IMG/VR virus record: IMGVR_UViG_3300036783_000180
Coordinates: 32,001-96,000 of that record
Source of the DNA: a virus
Taxonomy: Duplodnaviria > Caudoviricetes
Strand: one strand, 5' to 3'
DNA: 64,000 nt
The position numbers and the translations under genes were made by a program. Numbering within the stretch: the first letter of the stretch is position 1; the number at the start of each line of letters is the position of its first letter. The notes beneath the pieces are model-generated. The model saw nothing but the letters and a program-made list of their open reading frames with translations, ran no database searches and was not told where the DNA came from. Shown piece after piece: positions 48,083 through 58,700 of the stretch.

Positions 48083-48403
48083 ATGGATTCCTTATTTTTA
48101 TTTTTTCTTTGCTATTGCGCTCTAGGAATATTGACAGTGAATTACATACCCAGGCAAATCGAAAAACGACTACAAGAAATATTGGTTGTGAAATCTACAC
48201 TTGTCATACAAATTAGATACGCAAAAGAATTGGATATATCCAATGAAGAAAGAAACAGGAAGATAAAGCACAAGGAGGAAATTTCAGAAGAAATAACGGC
48301 ATACAAATCTCTACTTAAAGACCTTGAAAGTAGCAAAACAATCTTCAAAATTTTTGTCTTTTGGTTTGTATATTTACCGAGAACTTTAGGTATAAAACAC
48401 TAG
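48083..48403 (+). CDS. hypothetical membrane protein
   Basis: AAAGGAGG SD; hydrophobic N- and C-terminal segments. Confidence 0.7.
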   Translation: MDSLFLFFLCYCALGILTVNYIPRQIEKRLQEILVVKSTLVIQIRYAKELDISNEERNRKIKHKEEISEEITAYKSLLKDLESSKTIFKIFVFWFVYLPRTLGIKH

Positions 48404-48418
48404 TGTTTTATACCTAAA
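48385..48418. repeat. perfect 34-bp palindrome centred on the stop codon
   Basis: TTTAGGTATAAAACACT|AGTGTTTTATACCTAAA. Confidence 0.85.
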
Positions 48419-48438
48419 ACTCGTTATAAGTAAAGTGA
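48416..48438 (+). promoter_or_regulatory. conserved motif, copy 4 (1 mismatch)
   Basis: AAAACTCGTTATAAGTAAAGTGA. Confidence 0.8.
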
Positions 48439-48470
48439 AGGAAGAATAAAAATATGTAAGAAAAAGGAGA

Positions 48471-48836
48471 ATGAATAAAATGGCAGTAGGATTATTAACA
48501 GTAGCAGGATCGGTATACGTAGGAACAGGAATTTATAAAAGTGGAATGAAATTATATTCAGCATTAAATACTAAAAGAAATATCAAGTTAGCAGAATCAA
48601 AATTACAACAAATCGTAAATAGAACGAACGATATGGCAATTAGAGCAAGAGCACTAAAAGAAATGGATAGAACAATTCAAGAAGTAAAAGAAATATCATA
48701 TGACCCAGAATTTACACAGGAAGTATTATATGGAAGCGGAACAACAGCATTTATGAAAAACATCATAACATGGCCGGCATCAAAAGAAATGGTAGAAAAG
48801 ACAAAGGAATTTGCATACAAATACATTATTGCATAG
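48471..48836 (+). CDS. hypothetical protein, hydrophobic N-terminus
   Basis: downstream of motif copy 4; very A-rich coding strand. Confidence 0.7.
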   Translation: MNKMAVGLLTVAGSVYVGTGIYKSGMKLYSALNTKRNIKLAESKLQQIVNRTNDMAIRARALKEMDRTIQEVKEISYDPEFTQEVLYGSGTTAFMKNIITWPASKEMVEKTKEFAYKYIIA

Positions 48837-48867
48837 AATAACGATAAACGTTATTCTATGCTTTTTT
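48831..48867 (+). terminator. terminator overlapping stop
   Basis: GCATAGAATAACG-ATAAA-CGTTATTCTATGC plus T6. Confidence 0.8.
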
Positions 48868-48893
48868 CGCATAAACCAAAAGGAGAGATTGAA

Positions 48894-49220
48894 ATGAATT
48901 TAAAAGAAGAAGCTTTACAGGCACTAAAATCAGATGAACAGATTGTGGCAACAGGAGTTAACTTAGAACTATTAGCAGATTTGATTGAACCTAAATTTGA
49001 ATCACCAGAAGGTTCTACTTCAGAACAAATTGAATTACAAAAAGAGAATCATCAAAAACTAATTAACTCTATTAAAGAAGCTTGGAATCCAAAATCATAT
49101 GCAGAGAACGCATATATGTTCATTACAAAAGTACAAATAGCTAAACAAGAAGGTCAAGATATTTCATGGTTAGATGCAATACCGAAATCAGAAGAGATTT
49201 TCAAAAACTTAAAACTATAG
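48894..49220 (+). CDS. hypothetical protein
   Basis: AAAAGGAG SD before ATG 48894. Confidence 0.7.
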   Translation: MNLKEEALQALKSDEQIVATGVNLELLADLIEPKFESPEGSTSEQIELQKENHQKLINSIKEAWNPKSYAENAYMFITKVQIAKQEGQDISWLDAIPKSEEIFKNLKL

Positions 49221-49232
49221 GAGGTTCTTAAA

Positions 49233-49301
49233 GTGGGATGGATTATTTTTGGAGCAATTACAGGCGCAGTACTATTCACTCATCGCAAGAAAAACAAATA
49301 A
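49233..49301 (+). CDS. 22-aa hydrophobic peptide MGWIIFGAITGAVLFTHRKKNK
   Basis: TAGGAGG SD, GTG start, terminator directly after. Confidence 0.5.
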   Translation: MGWIIFGAITGAVLFTHRKKNK

Positions 49302-49331
49302 TTGGCACCCTTCGGGGTGTCAATTATTTTT
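49297..49331 (+). terminator. intrinsic terminator
   Basis: AATAATTGGCACCC-TTCG-GGGTGTCAATTATT plus T run. Confidence 0.85.
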
Positions 49332-49356
49332 CCTCGAAATATCATTTACGATATAC

Positions 49357-49410
49357 TATTCACTTCCTTGTGGTAAAATGAAGAAAGATTAAAATACAAA
49401 GGAGTGAATA
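49357..49410 (+). promoter_or_regulatory. extended -10 TGGTAAAAT inside SD-occluding hairpin (fibre operon)
   Basis: TATTCACTTCCTTGT pairs with ACAAAGGAGTGAATA (14/15). Confidence 0.65.
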
Positions 49411-49413
49411 CAC

Positions 49414-50487
49414 ATGGCAAAACACCTTATTCCGAAAGACTTGGAAAACTTGCCTAATTTCCCAATCACACAAGATCAGTTACCACCCGGTAACCCAAAA
49501 TTAAATCATTGGTGGTTAGACCTTAGTACGACACCACACGCACTTTCCCGTTGGAATGGCATGAAATGGACTCCAATCGGTACTATCGGCGGTTCTGGTA
49601 ACGGAGGCGGCGGAATAGACACAGGTGCTCTTTATCAATTACAAGAGCGCATTTCTACAATCGACTCTCAAATCATCGTATTAAAGAACGATCTAGATTC
49701 TAAAGTGCCTCGTACACAATACGACGCAGAACGTGTTTCTACAGCAAACCGTATTTCTAACTTAGAATCTAAAGCTGTACAACATCTAGATATGATTAAC
49801 TTAAAGGTATCTCTAGTGGATTACCAACGAGATAAAACTAGCATCTTAGGTCGTTTAACAGCTTCAGAAGATAGAATCACTGAACACAACAACTTATTAG
49901 GAAATGTTGTACAACGTGACGTTATCATTACTACACTTAACCAATCGGCAGAAAAAGTTAAAATCAAAGGTGCTTTAGTTGACTTAACTGGACTTGTACG
50001 TCCAGAGGATTTAAAATCCACACAGTTAACAATTTCTCGTGCTGATGGTTATAACACAATCGACAAAGGTACTTTCAATTTACCGTTATACATCCCTGCC
50101 GCAGCGCCACCTAACATTTCGGATAACGTAGATATTGTAAAAGGTTTCTTCCGAACAACTTCTGCAAACAGAGAAGACGTACATGAATTAGTATTCCATC
50201 ACACTGCTCGTTACTTAAAAATCATTTTAGGTATGTATTCCGAAAATGGTGTTTCTGCAAGTATGGCAGCTGAAGAAGTTGACTCAAAAGGAACAAGAAC
50301 CGTTTTAGGTTCTAAAAACTCTGCAAACCCAAGCAAAGATTCTCCTGACGCTATAGATGGTCAAGTTTTAACAATCGACCTTGGTGCGCCGAAAGGCGTC
50401 CAAAAGAAAGTAGTCGTAACATTACGCTCTACCCTTGCAGGTAAAAATGCATACGGACGAGTTATTCAATCTTATTTAGAAGGCTAA
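49414..50487 (+). CDS. tail fibre protein 1
   Basis: N-terminal WLD.S..P..L.RWNG.KW.P module shared with next fibres; coiled coil; C-terminal HTARY..DLG.P..YLEG. Confidence 0.7.
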   Translation: MAKHLIPKDLENLPNFPITQDQLPPGNPKLNHWWLDLSTTPHALSRWNGMKWTPIGTIGGSGNGGGGIDTGALYQLQERISTIDSQIIVLKNDLDSKVPRTQYDAERVSTANRISNLESKAVQHLDMINLKVSLVDYQRDKTSILGRLTASEDRITEHNNLLGNVVQRDVIITTLNQSAEKVKIKGALVDLTGLVRPEDLKSTQLTISRADGYNTIDKGTFNLPLYIPAAAPPNISDNVDIVKGFFRTTSANREDVHELVFHHTARYLKIILGMYSENGVSASMAAEEVDSKGTRTVLGSKNSANPSKDSPDAIDGQVLTIDLGAPKGVQKKVVVTLRSTLAGKNAYGRVIQSYLEG

Positions 50488-50503
50488 GAAAGGACTGATC
50501 TGA

Positions 50504-52324
50504 ATGGCTAGACACATTCATTCGTTACTAGAGGATTTCCAAATCATTCACGATAAAGTTCCGCCAGCCAAACCGAGAGAAAACCTATGGTGGTGTGATA
50601 TTACCATCGAGCCTAACAGATTGTATCGTTGGGATGGAGCAAAATGGATTCCTCTAGGTTCAATCGCTGTCGGCGGTGGTAACGGTGTAGACGAAGAGAT
50701 TATCATTAGATTAGAAGATAAAATCAATAACCTACAATCTCAAATTACACTATCAGCAAAAGAAATTGCTACGAAAGTCAGCAAACAAGACTATGAAAAA
50801 GATATAAAAGGTGTTCTGCAACGTGTTACGTTAGCTGAAAGTTCTATCTCACAAACCGCTGAACAAATTAAATCTACCGTTTCCAAAGAAGTGTACGAAC
50901 GTGACCAACAAGGTGTATTACAACGTGTTAGTACGATGGAGAGCTCTATCTCACAGACCGCAGAAAGCATTAAATCTGTAGTAAAAAAAGACAACATTAT
51001 TTCCATGATTAATCAATCTGCTGAAAAAATACAAATTTCAGCAGATAAAATTTCATTCGAAGGTACAGCGATTTTTGATAACTTAGAAGGTGAAATCAAA
51101 GATCAAATGTACAAAATCGAACAAGCAGCTAACCAAGCAAAACAATTAGTTGATTTGTGGAAAGTTAGTGGTACAACTACAATTAACGGTGGTCTTATCG
51201 CATCCGATACAATTACTGCAAAAAGTTTAATGATTGGTAACTTTGAAAACTTATTCTCAAACGGTACATTAGAATTCGGTTCAAAAGGTTTCATCCTTCC
51301 TAGCCAAGCTAGAATTTTAGCAGAGAATCCTTATAGTGGTAAATACGCCATGAGGATAGGACTAAACGGTAATTTTATCGATGTAATGGATGAGAAACCT
51401 ATCAAAGTCAAAAACGGGGACAAATTCAAATACGAAGTCTACGCGCGCACAGATAAAAGCACTCTTTATGAACGAATATTCATAGCTAAGTTTTTCGATA
51501 GCAAAGGCGGTGTTACATTCCACATCGCTGCCGGAACAATTACGACTTCATACAAGAAATTCAGCGGAATATTCTCAGTTCCTGATGGTACCGTCGAAAT
51601 GACTATAGGTGTTGGAACGAGCCTTCCTTCAGGTACAACAAACTATGTTTACTTTGACAATTTGTACTGCCGCAGTATGTTAGATGGGGATACAATCATT
51701 GATGGTACTCTTTCATTTGATAAAGCAAGAGGTGGCAGCCTTATTTTAGGTGGATCAGACAACCAAAATGGAGCTATGATGATTCAAGACCAATATGGAA
51801 ACAATATTGTTTATGCAAACAAAAATGGAGTCAATATCCAAAATGGTAAATTAACTGTAGTTCGTCCCGATGGCGCTACTCTAATTCAAGACGGTATAAT
51901 GAAATATGACTTTACAGTTACTCCGCACCAACCTCCATTCCGAGGTGCAAATATCGGAATAGAAGGATGGGATTGGGTAACGACGAGCGGTTACACTGGA
52001 CCTAACGCACGTGATTACCAAGTTTGTGAGTTCTTCTCATTTAGACATACATCACGTTATATTAATTTCGAAATGGATTACAGAATGACTAAAGGTAATG
52101 GTGTATTGGTATTCACAAAAGCTGGTTACATCGATGAAAACAACAACGAGTTAACATTACGTTATATAGATTTCAAAAATACATCAGCATTACCACAAGG
52201 AACAGGTCATGTCATTTGCGACTTAGGAACACCTACTTATCAAAAGATGGGGATATATGTTGTCCTATACGCTTGGGACGGCAAAGCAAAAGCTCGTTGT
52301 ATTAGAGCATATTTGGAGGGATAA
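50504..52324 (+). CDS. tail fibre protein 2 with carbohydrate-binding module
   Basis: same N-terminal module; ESSISQTAEQI repeats; NLFSNG..YFDN CBM-like; ends YLEG. Confidence 0.75.
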   Translation: MARHIHSLLEDFQIIHDKVPPAKPRENLWWCDITIEPNRLYRWDGAKWIPLGSIAVGGGNGVDEEIIIRLEDKINNLQSQITLSAKEIATKVSKQDYEKDIKGVLQRVTLAESSISQTAEQIKSTVSKEVYERDQQGVLQRVSTMESSISQTAESIKSVVKKDNIISMINQSAEKIQISADKISFEGTAIFDNLEGEIKDQMYKIEQAANQAKQLVDLWKVSGTTTINGGLIASDTITAKSLMIGNFENLFSNGTLEFGSKGFILPSQARILAENPYSGKYAMRIGLNGNFIDVMDEKPIKVKNGDKFKYEVYARTDKSTLYERIFIAKFFDSKGGVTFHIAAGTITTSYKKFSGIFSVPDGTVEMTIGVGTSLPSGTTNYVYFDNLYCRSMLDGDTIIDGTLSFDKARGGSLILGGSDNQNGAMMIQDQYGNNIVYANKNGVNIQNGKLTVVRPDGATLIQDGIMKYDFTVTPHQPPFRGANIGIEGWDWVTTSGYTGPNARDYQVCEFFSFRHTSRYINFEMDYRMTKGNGVLVFTKAGYIDENNNELTLRYIDFKNTSALPQGTGHVICDLGTPTYQKMGIYVVLYAWDGKAKARCIRAYLEG

Positions 52325-52328
52325 AAAA

Positions 52329-52667
52329 ATGAAAACAACAACTTCTTTAATGGTTGCCTTAGACGAAAACGGTCATATAATAGTAGCGCAACACGGTGAA
52401 CGTTTAGTTCTAACTCCTGGTTACAATTTAGTTTTGCATGATGTTGATATAGAGATTGCAAAAATGGCAACATTCTACAAAATTGAGATGGATGGTTTTA
52501 CACCTAAACTAGTTGCCTTAGATGGTGTAGAAATCCCTGAACAACCAGAACGTCCAAAACCACCTGTTCCTGTTGAAGAACAACTTAAAGAATTACGAGA
52601 GGAAAACCAATCTTTACAGATGGCTCTTCTCGATTTAACAGACATGTTTTATAGTTCCCAAAAATAA
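52329..52667 (+). CDS. tail fibre assembly chaperone-like protein
   Basis: GGAGG SD; C-terminal EEQLKELREENQSLQMALLDL. Confidence 0.6.
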   Translation: MKTTTSLMVALDENGHIIVAQHGERLVLTPGYNLVLHDVDIEIAKMATFYKIEMDGFTPKLVALDGVEIPEQPERPKPPVPVEEQLKELREENQSLQMALLDLTDMFYSSQK

Positions 52668-52676
52668 AATAGTAAC

Positions 52677-52710
52677 AAAAAGCGAGTGTGAATTTCACAC
52701 TCGCTTTTTT
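52677..52710 (+). terminator. intrinsic terminator
   Basis: AAAAAGCGAGTGTGAA-T-TTCACACTCGCTTTTT. Confidence 0.85.
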
Positions 52711-52750
52711 AATGATAAAATAGATTTATTACAACTAAGGAGTTGAAAAG

Positions 52751-55700
52751 ATGCCTAAACATTTGACGACGTTGGATGAAATATTATTTCAGTCCAATAT
52801 TTTAAAGCAACCTAACTATCCTGAAAATCCGCTTCCCAACCAGGTATGGATGGATACTAGTAAGGAACCAAATATACTATTTCGTTGGGATGGAACAAAA
52901 TGGATTCCAGTAGGTTTCCAAAAGGATGATGGCACAATTCAAATCATAGAAGATTTGAAAGACCAAATCGATAGACTTATAGATGATATCGATACAAAAG
53001 CCGACAAGGAATCAATCTTACAAAAGGTTAAAGAAATCGAAGATGATTTAGCCAAGAAAGTTGATGGTCAATTCGTTGATGGAAAGTTAATCATTGTTAA
53101 TAACGAGATTGATGCAAAGTTAAAAGATCTCGCAGCTAAATTAGATGAAAAAGTTAATGACAAAGTGTTTACAGATGAAATCACTGGAATCATCAATTCA
53201 CTTAAAGAGAAGGCTGATTTAGAATTCATCAATGGTCAACTCGTTTCTAAAGCTGACAAAGACAATACTTTCACCAAAGAGGAAACAGTCAATGCATTGA
53301 ATTCTAAAGTCAGTAAAACAGAATATACAACTGACCAGGAAGGTATTGTGAAGCAATTAACAGACCAAGAAAGTCGCGTTACGCAAACAGAAGCAGAGTT
53401 AAAAGCGACTGTTAAAAAGACTGACTACGAAGCCGACCAAAAAGGCGTAGTCAATCGTTTAACTCAAGCGGAAAGTGCTTTAACGCAAACCGCAGAACAA
53501 ATTTCTTCTACTGTTAAAAAGACCGACTATGAATTGGACAAGAAGAACATTAATGATTCTTTAGCCGGAAAAGCTGGAGCTGACGACTTAGGCTTACTAG
53601 CAGATCGCGTCACAAAGAACGAAAGTGCTATCACACAAACCGCAGAGGAAATTGCTTCTACTGTTAAGAAAACAACATACGAGAAAGATTTAAAAGATAA
53701 CAAAGTAAGAATGGACCAACTAGGTCAGGACTTAGATAACAAAGCTTCTAAGAACGACTTGAATAGCGCAGTCATTAGAATTACAGAAGCAGAAAGCTCA
53801 ATCAAACAGAATGCAGAAGAAATCACTTCTACTGTTAAGAAGACTGATTACGAAAAAGACCAACAAGGCGTTACAACTCGTCTGACAAATGCTGAAAGTA
53901 AGATTACACAACAAGCAGGACTTATCGAAAGTACCGTTACTAAAACTGAGTTGCAAGGCGAGAAAGAAGCTTTAGATAAAAAGATAAACGACAATAATAC
54001 GGCAACAACTCAACGTTTTGTTCAAGCTGAATCTCGTATCACACAAACAGAGAAAGATATCACTTCTTCTGTAAAAAAAGTTGATTACGATATTGACCAA
54101 CAAGGTGTAGTAAGTCGTTTAGATACTACCGAAAGTAAGATTAAACAAACAGAACTAGACATCACTTCAAAGGTATCTAATTCTAAGTACACACAAGACC
54201 AAACGACATTGAACACACGTGTAAGTAATGCTGAAAGTAAGATTACACAGCAAGCAGAATTAATTGAAAGTAAAGTTACAAAAACCGATTACGAAAAAGA
54301 TAAAGGGACAACACTTAGTCGTCTAACCGAAGCAGAAAGTAAGATTACGCAACAAGCAGGACTTATCGAAAGCACTGTAACTAAAACCGAATACGAAGTT
54401 AACAACAAAGCAATAAATGATAAAATCGAAGCTGTTAAAGTTCAAGCAGGTGACGGAGAAGCAATCAATACTCGTTTCGTCCAAGCCGAGTCTCGTATTA
54501 CTCAGACAGAAAAAGATATCACAACAATGGTCAAGAAGACAGCTTACGAAACTGATCAGCAAGGTGTAATTAATCGCATCAGCAAAGCAGAATCTCGACT
54601 AACTCAAACAGAGAGTGATATTACTGCTAGGGTTGTGAAGTCAGATTTTGATAACTCTATGAAGGGTAAATTAGATGTATCTACGTTCAATAGTAAGGTT
54701 GCAGAAATCAAAGCAACCACTGATTCCATTTCATCTACAGTAGGAAGTGTGAAAACTTCGTTTGAAGGAATGAAGGTTGGTGGACGTAATTTACTTATGG
54801 GCACAAAAGGAAAATCATTGTCAGTTACTAACGCCTCTACAACTCAAGCCAATATGTCATTTTCTTTTGTAAGTAACATGTACCCTGTTATTCAAGGCAG
54901 TCAATTAACACTTAGTTTAAAAGCATCTTCCAGTGGTTTTAAGAAAGGTACCGTTAACCCTTGGGTTGGAATAGAATTAGGCATTGTCTATTCTGATGGC
55001 ACTAAGGAATGGCTACCACTCAGAATACAAGATTTATTACCATCTACATCTGATTTCACAATGTATTCAACTGTCATACGACTTGCGAATAAACCAATTT
55101 CATCTATCAACACCAACACTTTAATTCGAGATTCACAAGGTACAGTAGAATTAAAAGAATGGCAAGTTGAAATGGGTAACGTTGCTACCGACTACAAACC
55201 AGCTAACGAAGAAATCGATGCTAATTTAAACGACAAAGCTAATAACTCTGATTTAGAAGCTGTAACAAAGCGTGTAACAAATACGGAATCCCGTATTACG
55301 CAAACAGAAGGCGCTATTTCTTTACGTGCAACTAAAGAAGAATTAACTACGCAAATCAATAACATCGCTGTAGGTAGTCGAAATTTAATTCAGCAATCCG
55401 ACTTTATCATTACTACTCTATGGAAAGCTTCAACCAACACAAAATTTGAAACAGGAATTATGCCTGATGGAATAATTAACGCTTTATGTTGGAATACAGG
55501 AGATGGATATTCAGAAATTAATTTCTATATAAAAAATATCGAACCAAACACAGAATATACATTGTCTTTTAATGCAGGAGGTTCTTTCCAGACATTCCTT
55601 TGGGAAAAAACAGCAGACAACAAACCGACCGCTGTTTATAAAGATAACACTGTAAAACAAAATGCACCTTTCGATATGTCTGCTATTAGAAAAACTTTTA

Positions 55701-58700
55701 CAAGGACAATTCGCACACAACCCGACACACAGATGATTCAATTCATTTTCCGTGTAACTGACGTTTCAGCTAACAAAACAGGAACATCAGGGCGAATTGC
55801 TTTGCCGAAATTAGAAAAAGGTAACGTTGCAACCGATTGGTCACAAGCTCCAGAAGATATCAACAATATGGTTAACGGTATTCAAGTTGGTGGCAACAAC
55901 ATTATCCCTAATTCCTTGTTTAAAACAAAAGGGAAGTGGAGAGATTGGGGTACTTCCGGAGGAACAAGAACTATTGGTGTCCCTGTAGATATAGCTGGTT
56001 TCAGTCACGGATTCCAATTCGACGCACCAGCAGCAGGCGAATATGGTTACGCGGTAGATAAAATTGAAGTAACTCAAGGGGAAACATACACCCTTTCAGC
56101 TTGGTTCAAATTAACAAAGGCCGGGACTGTAAAAGTTCAAGAAGGTGACACTACTATGAAGTGGACTTCTACAAACGCTACTCCCGATATTAATAAGTGG
56201 ATTAGAATTACACATACATTCGTGGCTAAAGCAAGTTCAACAAGTCTCTATTTTGGTCAAGATAGTGGATCTGTTGCGTGTGCCGGATTTGTTACTGGAG
56301 CTCAATTAGAACGAGGAAACAAAGCTACAGACTGGAGCGTATCTACTCAAGATTTAGATGATGCCATCAACGACAAAGTATCCAACGCAGAATACACAAA
56401 GAAGATATCTGAGTTAAAGGTTACAACAGATAAAATAGAAAGTTCTGTAAGCAGCACGAATCAACGTATCGATGGTATTTCTATCGGCGGAGCGAACTTG
56501 ATGGATAATACATCCAAATTCCTGGATACCCGATTGTGGACTTTAAACGGAGGAACATCATTAAAAGCAATTACACAGCAAGATGGAATTGTCGTTTTAG
56601 AAGCTGTAGGTTCTATCCAACACGGACAACAAGTTCCTGTAAAGCCTAATACCGAATATGTATTAACTACTGAAATTATGTTTTCAAAAGATACTTCACT
56701 ATCTGGCACTACTCCTGTACATTGGTGGTTAACTGATGGAGTACAAGCGAGCGGTCAATTAGGATTGCAAACTAGCAAAATCATATCACCTACAGGATCA
56801 ACCATTAAAGCAAATACATGGACGACTATATCGATAGTGATGAAATCAAAAAGTGACATAAAAGTTGGAGCGTTCTTTAAATTCTTTATTTACGGGGCGG
56901 CCCAATTAACATCAGATAATAAATATTGGTTAAAAACTGTAAAGTTCGAAGAAGGTAATATCCCAACATCTTATAGTCCTAGCGCATCCGATTCATCATA
57001 TGGTGAATTGTACGTAAGAGGTGTAGGTAACGACAGACCATCTGGAGGTAGTTCAGTATTATTAAACGGATCGGAAATTTCTAAGACAGGAAGAGGACAT
57101 AACTTAATTTGCATCAAACGAAATGATCTATCTATTGTCTCTAACGAAATATTTGATACACATTCTAATTTACAAACACCCGCTTTAATAACGAAACTGA
57201 ATTCTTTAAATGACGATGTAATTATTGTTTTAACAACTTGGGATTCAGCTTACGTCAATACCGCCCTAGCAACAGCGTTAAAACGTTTTGGTGGTTCTGG
57301 TAGAGAAGCTAATAAAATGCGTGTACCTCACGCATTCATAGGTATCGCAGGAATCGGAGAAGGTGCAGGCATTGAGTCTATGACTGATTCAGGAGCAACT
57401 GTACCACCCGCTGAAATCTCAACGAAGATCATCAACGGGATTCCGCAAGGAATTAACATTGGCGCAAGTGAAGCTTTATCAAGAGTAGCGAGTGCCGAAT
57501 CACGCATTACACAAACGGAAAAAGATATCACTCAACGAGTGACTATCACTGATTACAACGGAACAAAGTTAGTCTCTATGATTAACCAAACAGCCTCTAC
57601 TGTTATGATTGATGCGAAAAACATCAACTTAAATGGATTTCTTACAATCGGTCATTTTAGCGGTGATGTACAAAATAAAATTCAAACAGGCGTTGACGCA
57701 AAAGGTGTTGCCGACTCTGCAAAGAGTGTCGCTGATACAGCTACCAATACAATCAATAGTAACAAGGGAACTTGGGACAGAGCATCAAACATTAACTCAA
57801 ATGGCACGTTCAATACAGCTAAATTAAATGGTACATTATCTGATGCCCAAATCTCTTCTGCTAACAACTGGAATAGCGCTAAGTCTTTAATGGATTCTTG
57901 GAAATCAGGAACGACATTAATTGATGGTGGTAAAATCGCTACAAATACAATATTTGCTCAGCAGATTAATATTGGTGATTATACGAACTTATCTCAAGTT
58001 GATGAATTAAAGAATCCTAACGGAATACCTACCGCAGTCGTGAATGGAAAAAGATATTTTAAAATTGGTCCTGCCGCTTATGCGCCTTTAACTTTTGCAG
58101 ATACAACAATTCCTGAATTCAAATTAAATGACGAATACTACATCGCATTTAACGGGTACAGGGAAGCCGCTGTAACTAACGTGACTGCGATTATTAGAAT
58201 GTTCTACACAGACGGAACATGGGATAATGCAGCATCTATATCCATACTTCCAGGCACATCTGATTCTCGCGTCGCAAAAAACTTGAAAATCACAAGTGAG
58301 CCAAATAATGCAAAAACATTAAGCCGAGTGCAATTTTTCTTAGAAAAAGATAGTTCAACAAGCGGATATTATTACGTTAGGAATCTAGAATTCCGCAGAC
58401 GTTATGGTGGAGATTTAATCGTAGATGGTTCCATCACAGCTTCGCACGTCAATGTAGATAGCTTATTCGCTAGCACTGCTTTTATTAACAAATTAAAAAC
58501 ACAAAGTATCTCAGCTAGCCAAATTTCAGGCGGTACTATCGATGGTGTTACTTATACATCTAAGGGCACATCAGGCAACATACAGATCAGTAATGGAACT
58601 ATATCTATCGATAATGGCAAAACAGGAACAAGTAACATTAACGTTAAATTAGATAAAGGTGAATTAACATTCGGCAATGCTTATTCCAGCGCTAATATTC

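Noticed and set aside
30461-52328. Extended ORF-track starts (30520, 34546, 42095, 42735, 47875, 48014, 48858, 52257)
   Set aside because: Better SD-linked starts lie downstream; the extensions overlap neighbouring genes or promoters
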